64,000 nucleotides of DNA. Source: Alphaproteobacteria bacterium (GTDB lineage Bacteria > Pseudomonadota > Alphaproteobacteria > UBA8366). The stretch covers positions 2,149,857 through 2,213,856 of the forward strand of contig OZ245815.1 of NCBI GenBank assembly GCA_965228425.1, read 5' to 3'. The position numbers were made by a program, and so were the translations under genes. Positions 59,120 to 64,000 of the stretch are shown here, piece by piece (positions within the stretch are counted from its first letter, which is position 1; each line of letters opens with the position of its first letter). The notes beneath the pieces are model-generated. The model did no database searches. It was not told where the DNA came from and saw only the letters and a program-made list of their open reading frames with translations.

Positions 59120-60208
59120 TTAGGTGAGAAGAAAGTCCGCGCCGGTCTCGTCCGAGATTTCCCTGATGCGGTCCCGCAGTCCGGGCGGCACCGGAATGCC
59201 CGCGTCTTCGCGTTCCGCTTCGATCTTGTCTTCCGGTTCACCGGCGACCATGACCGGTTGATCCGGATCGACGGGTGCGGTTGCGTGAAGGTCGTCGATC
59301 AATTCGTCCACCGTGCCCTCGAACGCGCCTTCCGGCCGGTAGACCGTCGGATTGATGCAGAGGAAGAAATGACCAAGGTTCATCGTGCCCGGATCGCGCG
59401 TGCCGTGGTCGGGACGGGTGACGACGCTTGCGCCGGTCAGTGCGGTCGAGAGGATTTCGACCATCGCGCCGAGGCCGTAGCCCTTGTAGCTGCCAAGTTC
59501 CGCCAGTCCGCCAAGCGGCGTCATCTTGGCGCCGTCCCAATGGGCCGCGGAATCGGTGGTTGGTTCGCCATGTTTATCCAAGGCCCAGCCGAGCGGTAGC
59601 GGTTGTTTTTCCACCGCCTTGTTGCGGATCTTGCCGCCGGCTACGGTCGACGTCGCCATGTCCAGGTTGAACGGCTTGTGGCGTTTGGCTGGTGCGGTAA
59701 AGGCGATGGGATTGGTGCCGAGCCGTTCTTGCGCCGCATAAGTGGGGACAACCTTCGGCCCCGACGTGTTGGTCACCGCCATCGCAACCATGCCCTGACG
59801 GGCCGCCATCCGCGTGTAGTACCCGGCGGCGCCGTAATGCGCCGAGTTGCGGACGGCTATGACCGCCATGCCGTTTTGCTTGGCCTTGTCGATCGCCATC
59901 TCCATGGACCGGACCGAGGCGACATAGCCGAGCCCGCCGCCGGCGTCGACGAGCGCCGTGACCGGGGTTTCGCGCACCACCGAGATCGTCGCGTCCAGCG
60001 TGATGATCTTGCGTTTCCATCGGCTGAAGTAATTCGGCACGCAGGAAATGCCGTGTGTGTCGATGCCGCGCTTGTCGGCGTCGACCATGACATTCGCCGT
60101 GATCTCGACATCGGCTTCCGGCATGCCGAAGGACCGCAGGCAGGCCGCGATCTGATCGCGGACGCAGGCGACCGGGAACCGTTTTACCGTGTTGTCATCG
60201 CTGGCCAT
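59120..60208 (-). CDS. Ldh2 (malate/L-lactate/sulfolactate dehydrogenase) family oxidoreductase
   Basis: [27 protein letters not shown] and YKGYGL. Confidence 0.9.
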   Translation of the reverse strand: MASDDNTVKRFPVACVRDQIAACLRSFGMPEADVEITANVMVDADKRGIDTHGISCVPNYFSRWKRKIITLDATISVVRETPVTALVDAGGGLGYVASVRSMEMAIDKAKQNGMAVIAVRNSAHYGAAGYYTRMAARQGMVAMAVTNTSGPKVVPTYAAQERLGTNPIAFTAPAKRHKPFNLDMATSTVAGGKIRNKAVEKQPLPLGWALDKHGEPTTDSAAHWDGAKMTPLGGLAELGSYKGYGLGAMVEILSTALTGASVVTRPDHGTRDPGTMNLGHFFLCINPTVYRPEGAFEGTVDELIDDLHATAPVDPDQPVMVAGEPEDKIEAEREDAGIPVPPGLRDRIREISDETGADFLLT

Positions 60209-60212
60209 GGCG

Positions 60213-61310
60213 TCAATCCAGGAAGAATTCGGCGTTGGAATTCTTGGCGATGTCGCGGATCTTTCCGCGCAAGCCCGGCGGCACCGGAATGCCGGTCTCC
60301 TCGCGCGTAGCGCGGATGATGTTCTCCGGCTCGCCCGCGACCATGACCGGCTGGTCCGGGTCGACCGGCGTCGTCGCGTGCAATGCGTCGATCAACTCAT
60401 CCACCGTTTCCTCGAAGGCGCCTTCGGGCCGGAAGGCGGTTGGGTCGATGGCGAGGAAGAAATGACCGATATCCATTGTGCCGGGCCGGCGGTAGCCATG
60501 CTCGGGATGCGTCACCAGACTCGCGCCCGAAAGGCCGGCGGAGAGGATTTCGACCATGGCGCCGAGGCCGTAACCTTTATGGCTGCCGAGTTCACGGGTG
60601 CCGCCGAGCGGCGTCTGCGTTCCGTCGCGGCTGAAATAGAGACTTGAATCCGAGGTCGGGCGGCCGTCGGGGCCGTTGGCCCAGCCCTCGGGCAAGGGCA
60701 GGCCTTCATTCGCCTTGTTGCGGATCTTGCCCGCGGCGACGGTGGTCGTCGCCATGTCGAGGTTGAAGGGCGGGTTGCGCTTGGCGGGTGCCGTGAAGGC
60801 GATGGGGTTGGTCGATAGCTTCGCCTCGCGGCCAAAGGTGGGCGCGGTGCGCGGGCCGGAACCGTTCGTCGTCGCCATGCCGACCAGGCCTTTCGCTGCC
60901 ATCATGCGGGTATAGTAGCCGGTCGCGCCGAAATGATTGGAGTTGCAGACCGCGATACCGGCGACGCCCATGTCCTTGGCCTTCTTGATCGCGAGCTGCG
61001 TGGCCTGGACGGATGGCACGTAGCCCAAGCCGCCCCCCGCGTCGATCAACGCGGAGACCGGCGTCTCGCGGACGACCTCGATCTTCGCGTCCATCGTAAT
61101 GATGCCCTCACGGCGGCGGGAATCGTATGTCGTCAGCATGGACAACCCGTGCGTATCGATCCCGCATTTGTCGGCATCGACCATCACGTTGGCGGTAATC
61201 TCGACCTGGTCGGCCGGCATGCCCCAGGCGGTGAGGCAGGATGCGATCTGATTGCGCAACGAGTCGGCCGGAAAATACTTGATGTCGTCGTCTGCGGTCC
61301 CATCGCTCAT
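60213..61310 (-). CDS. Ldh2 family oxidoreductase (tandem paralog)
   Basis: GIDTHG, NSNHFGA, STNPIAF, LDMATT and HKGYGL. Start placed at MSDGTADD. Confidence 0.9.
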   Translation of the reverse strand: MSDGTADDDIKYFPADSLRNQIASCLTAWGMPADQVEITANVMVDADKCGIDTHGLSMLTTYDSRRREGIITMDAKIEVVRETPVSALIDAGGGLGYVPSVQATQLAIKKAKDMGVAGIAVCNSNHFGATGYYTRMMAAKGLVGMATTNGSGPRTAPTFGREAKLSTNPIAFTAPAKRNPPFNLDMATTTVAAGKIRNKANEGLPLPEGWANGPDGRPTSDSSLYFSRDGTQTPLGGTRELGSHKGYGLGAMVEILSAGLSGASLVTHPEHGYRRPGTMDIGHFFLAIDPTAFRPEGAFEETVDELIDALHATTPVDPDQPVMVAGEPENIIRATREETGIPVPPGLRGKIRDIAKNSNAEFFLD

Positions 61311-61581
61311 GGGGCGTCTCTCCGATTGAAATTGTTGTTGCGGACGGTCCTGGCGGCGGTCCGAACGCGCAGGTTCGGGCGCTCTGTTTGCTTGATCAGA
61401 TGTATCGGGAATCGCGATGTCAGGCAAATTTGCTGGCCCGATTCGGGGGAACACGCTCTCCGTGGTACAGTTCTGAGTCTCGCTACAATAACAAGAACAA
61501 GAAGCGCCCTGCGTGCGGTTGCCGCTGGCCGTCTGCGCGCAGGCAGATCGCCACTGCACAACGTCAACGGGAGGAATACTG

Positions 61582-62712
61582 ATGCTTCAAAAATCAGTCC
61601 TGAACGGCGTAGCGGGTTTGATCGCACTGTCCGCTACGATCGTCTTGAGTATTGCCACCATCAACACCGATGCGAAGGCCGCCAATTTCGAAGGGAAGCG
61701 AATTCAGATTATCGTTCCCTTCAATGAAGGCGGCGGAACAGACAGTTACAGCCGCTTCCTGCAGCAATACATGCAGAAATACCTGCCGGGCAATCCGAAG
61801 ATCCTGGTCGTCAACAAGCCGGGGGCGGGCGGTATTCTCGGCACCAACTACTTCCATCAGCGTGCCAAGAAGGACGGCACATGGATCATGGCCGTGTCGA
61901 CGTCGGTCATGGCGAACTACATGCTGGGCGATCCGAGGATCAAGTTCGACCTGAAGGAATACATCCCGATTATCCTGTCGCCGCGCAGCAGTATCGTCTA
62001 TGTGCGCAAGGACCTCGGCCTCCAGAACATCAAAACGTTGAAAGGCAAGATGGAGAAACTGCGGTCGTTCCCGGTCGAGCAGCTCGTGTTCGGCGGCAAG
62101 ACGCCCACGTCGGCGGGACTGCAATACCGGCTTGGCCTGAGCCTGCTCGGCGTCGAGGTGAAAAGCGTTTGGGGCATGAAGGGCAACGGCCCGATGGCAC
62201 TGGCCTTCGAACGGGGCGAGTTCGTCGTCAATTACGACAACTCCTTATCCTTCCTGAATAACCGGCAGAAGTTGTTGGCCGACGGTATCGCGGTGCCGAT
62301 CTACACGTTGGGCATCGTGGACGGGAATGGGAACCCGAAGCGCGATCCGACATGGCCCGACGTGCCGAGCTATTTCGAAGCGTATGAAGCCCTGCACGGC
62401 AAGAAGCCGTCGGGAGCTGGGTTCGAGGCTTGGCTTGCGCTCATGCAGATGAGTTCCGGTATGAACAAGTCTTGGAACCTGCCGGCCGGAACGCCGAAGG
62501 ATATCGTCGAGGCATGGCGGACCGCGGCACGCAAGATGCTCAAGGATCCGGATTTCCTGAAAAAGCGGGATAAGATTTTGGGCAAATATCCGCAAACCAT
62601 CGGGGATGAGGCGATTGCCATCCGGAATACGGCGCTCACACTGTCGCCCGATGCGCGCGATTATCTCGGAAACTACGTGAAGGCTCGCTACGGCATTGAC
62701 CTGGGCAAATAG
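61582..62712 (+). CDS. Tripartite tricarboxylate transporter substrate-binding protein (TctC/Bug)
   Basis: Signal peptide; [19 protein letters not shown] and LAFERGE; GGAGG RBS. Confidence 0.88.
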   Translation: MLQKSVLNGVAGLIALSATIVLSIATINTDAKAANFEGKRIQIIVPFNEGGGTDSYSRFLQQYMQKYLPGNPKILVVNKPGAGGILGTNYFHQRAKKDGTWIMAVSTSVMANYMLGDPRIKFDLKEYIPIILSPRSSIVYVRKDLGLQNIKTLKGKMEKLRSFPVEQLVFGGKTPTSAGLQYRLGLSLLGVEVKSVWGMKGNGPMALAFERGEFVVNYDNSLSFLNNRQKLLADGIAVPIYTLGIVDGNGNPKRDPTWPDVPSYFEAYEALHGKKPSGAGFEAWLALMQMSSGMNKSWNLPAGTPKDIVEAWRTAARKMLKDPDFLKKRDKILGKYPQTIGDEAIAIRNTALTLSPDARDYLGNYVKARYGIDLGK

Positions 62713-62740
62713 CCCGCCGACGAGAGCTCGAACGTGTTTC

Positions 62741-62787
62741 AAAGCAAGGTTTCGGTGCCGTCGCCTCCGAGACCTTGCTTTCTTTTT
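62741..62787 (+). terminator. Intrinsic terminator after the TctC gene
   Basis: AAAGCAAGGTTTCGG...CCGAGACCTTGCTTT stem (one G-U pair) followed by CTTTTT. Confidence 0.8.
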
Positions 62788-62949
62788 CCGTTGTAGGAAC
62801 CCGGCCGTGTATTGCAACTGATCCGTGCAAATTCCGGGAAAATGGTCCCCGAATATTTATGTGCCGGCATGTTGCGTGTTAGAATATCGGGAGCCAATTC
62901 GGCCAAGCCCCAACCAATCCATCATGTGAATACAGAGGAATTTCCATCC

Positions 62950-63453
62950 ATGCCCTATACGTTAGATCAGTTTGCCGCCGACTGCCGCGAAGCGTTGAAG
63001 GCGGATTCCGGCCCCGCCGGACAAGAGCAGGTACGCCAGATCGTACAGAAAGCACTGAAGGATAAGGATTTTGTCGAGATGCATTTGCATGACGAGGTCG
63101 AGGCCGAGCGCAACATTATCTATGAGGATCCCGACCTGGGGTTCTGCATCTGTGCGCATGTCTACAAAGACGCCAAGAAAGGCTATCCGCACGATCACGG
63201 CCCGACCTGGGCGATCTACGGACAGGCCATGGGCGAGACCGAAATGACCGACTGGAAAGTCGTGACCCCGGCGGAGGGCGAGAAGGCCGCCAAGGTCGAG
63301 CTTGCGAAGACCTACAACCTTCAGCCCGGCGACGCGCATCTCTATCCGGCCGGTGCGATTCATGCGCCGTATCGGGATGGCCCGACGCGGCTTATCCGGA
63401 TCGAGGGGGTCAACACCGACAACCTGACCCGTACCCGGATCGAGCCCGTTTAA
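62950..63453 (+). CDS. Cupin-fold metalloenzyme, thiol/cysteine dioxygenase-like
   Basis: PHDHGPTWAIYG and GAIHAP form a 3-His site. Confidence 0.75.
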   Translation: MPYTLDQFAADCREALKADSGPAGQEQVRQIVQKALKDKDFVEMHLHDEVEAERNIIYEDPDLGFCICAHVYKDAKKGYPHDHGPTWAIYGQAMGETEMTDWKVVTPAEGEKAAKVELAKTYNLQPGDAHLYPAGAIHAPYRDGPTRLIRIEGVNTDNLTRTRIEPV

Positions 63454-63516
63454 CGGCCGTTAACGGCGCGCGACAACCGACGCGCCTGCGGAAAATATTC
63501 CAGGGAGGACTTCGCC

Positions 63517-64000
63517 GTGGGCGACACCGTTTCGCGTATCAGCGCACAGGATGTGAAAGCACGGATCAAGGGTGGCGATGAATTCGCCATCCTGGACGCG
63601 CGCGAAGAAATGACCTTCGGCAAACGGCATCTGTTGCTCGCATCCTGCGTGCCGCTCAGCCGGTTGGAGATCATGGTCGGCGATTTGGTGCCGCGGCGCG
63701 ACACACCGGTCGTGTGGTGCGACGACGGTGAAGGGATCGCGGACACGGCGGCTGCGCGCATGGCGGCCCTGGGATATGAGAACGTGTCCGTTCTGGACGG
63801 TGGCATTGCCGCCTGGGAAGCCGCCGGATATCGCATCTACAGCGGCGTCCATGTGCCGAGCAAGGCCTTTGCCGAAGTCGTCGAACACGAGGCGGCGACG
63901 CCTTACATCACCGCGGAAGAACTGAAATCGCTAATCGACTCAAAGGCCGATATCGCGATTTACGACAGCCGGTCCTACGAGGAATACAACAACAACAGCA
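63517..64000 (+). CDS. Multi-domain rhodanese-like sulfurtransferase (truncated by the window end)
   Basis: Manual translation: ILDAREE...VPLSRLE...VLDGGIAAWEAAG...VPSKAFAE...DSRSYEEY; GGAGG RBS. Confidence 0.85.
   Translation, partial: MGDTVSRISAQDVKARIKGGDEFAILDAREEMTFGKRHLLLASCVPLSRLEIMVGDLVPRRDTPVVWCDDGEGIADTAAARMAALGYENVSVLDGGIAAWEAAGYRIYSGVHVPSKAFAEVVEHEAATPYITAEELKSLIDSKADIAIYDSRSYEEYNNNS

Noticed and set aside
1-64000. CRISPR arrays, IS elements, prophage genes, rRNA
   Set aside because: No regularly spaced repeats, transposase, phage structural or rRNA-like sequence seen by eye.

Overview
A GC-rich alphaproteobacterial chromosome segment, probably Rhodospirillales-like judging from gene content and order. 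The first 20 kb is conserved core: glnE-bcp-DUF455, an AsmA/YhdP-like gene, tyrS, anmK, a cysE-iscR-desulfurase-iscS-fdx cluster and mnmA. It ends in tRNA-Met(CAT) at 20143-20219. Directly after the tRNA is a ~5.5 kb, visibly AT-richer island bounded by an exact 21-bp repeat of the tRNA 3' end (20199-20219 and 25687-25707), with no integrase. The island carries four genes: Vsr, a C5-cytosine methyltransferase, a cytoplasmic MORC-type GHKL ATPase fused to a complete histidine kinase, and a response regulator. By eye, the regulator's C-terminal domain follows the PemK/MazF pattern. No restriction endonuclease is recognisable. This is the best candidate for an uncharacterised system: a methylation-linked, phosphorelay-controlled defence module (inference). 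The remaining ~38 kb is accessory metabolism. It includes a standalone A-T-TE enzyme, a TetR-AhpD-cytochrome P460-like module with three visible operators, tandem ATP-grasp ligases, TRAP/MFS transporters, an ArnT/PAP2 pair, and a lyase / two Ldh2 / TctC / thiol-dioxygenase-like / rhodanese cluster. All calls come from reading motifs by eye; no database searches were run.
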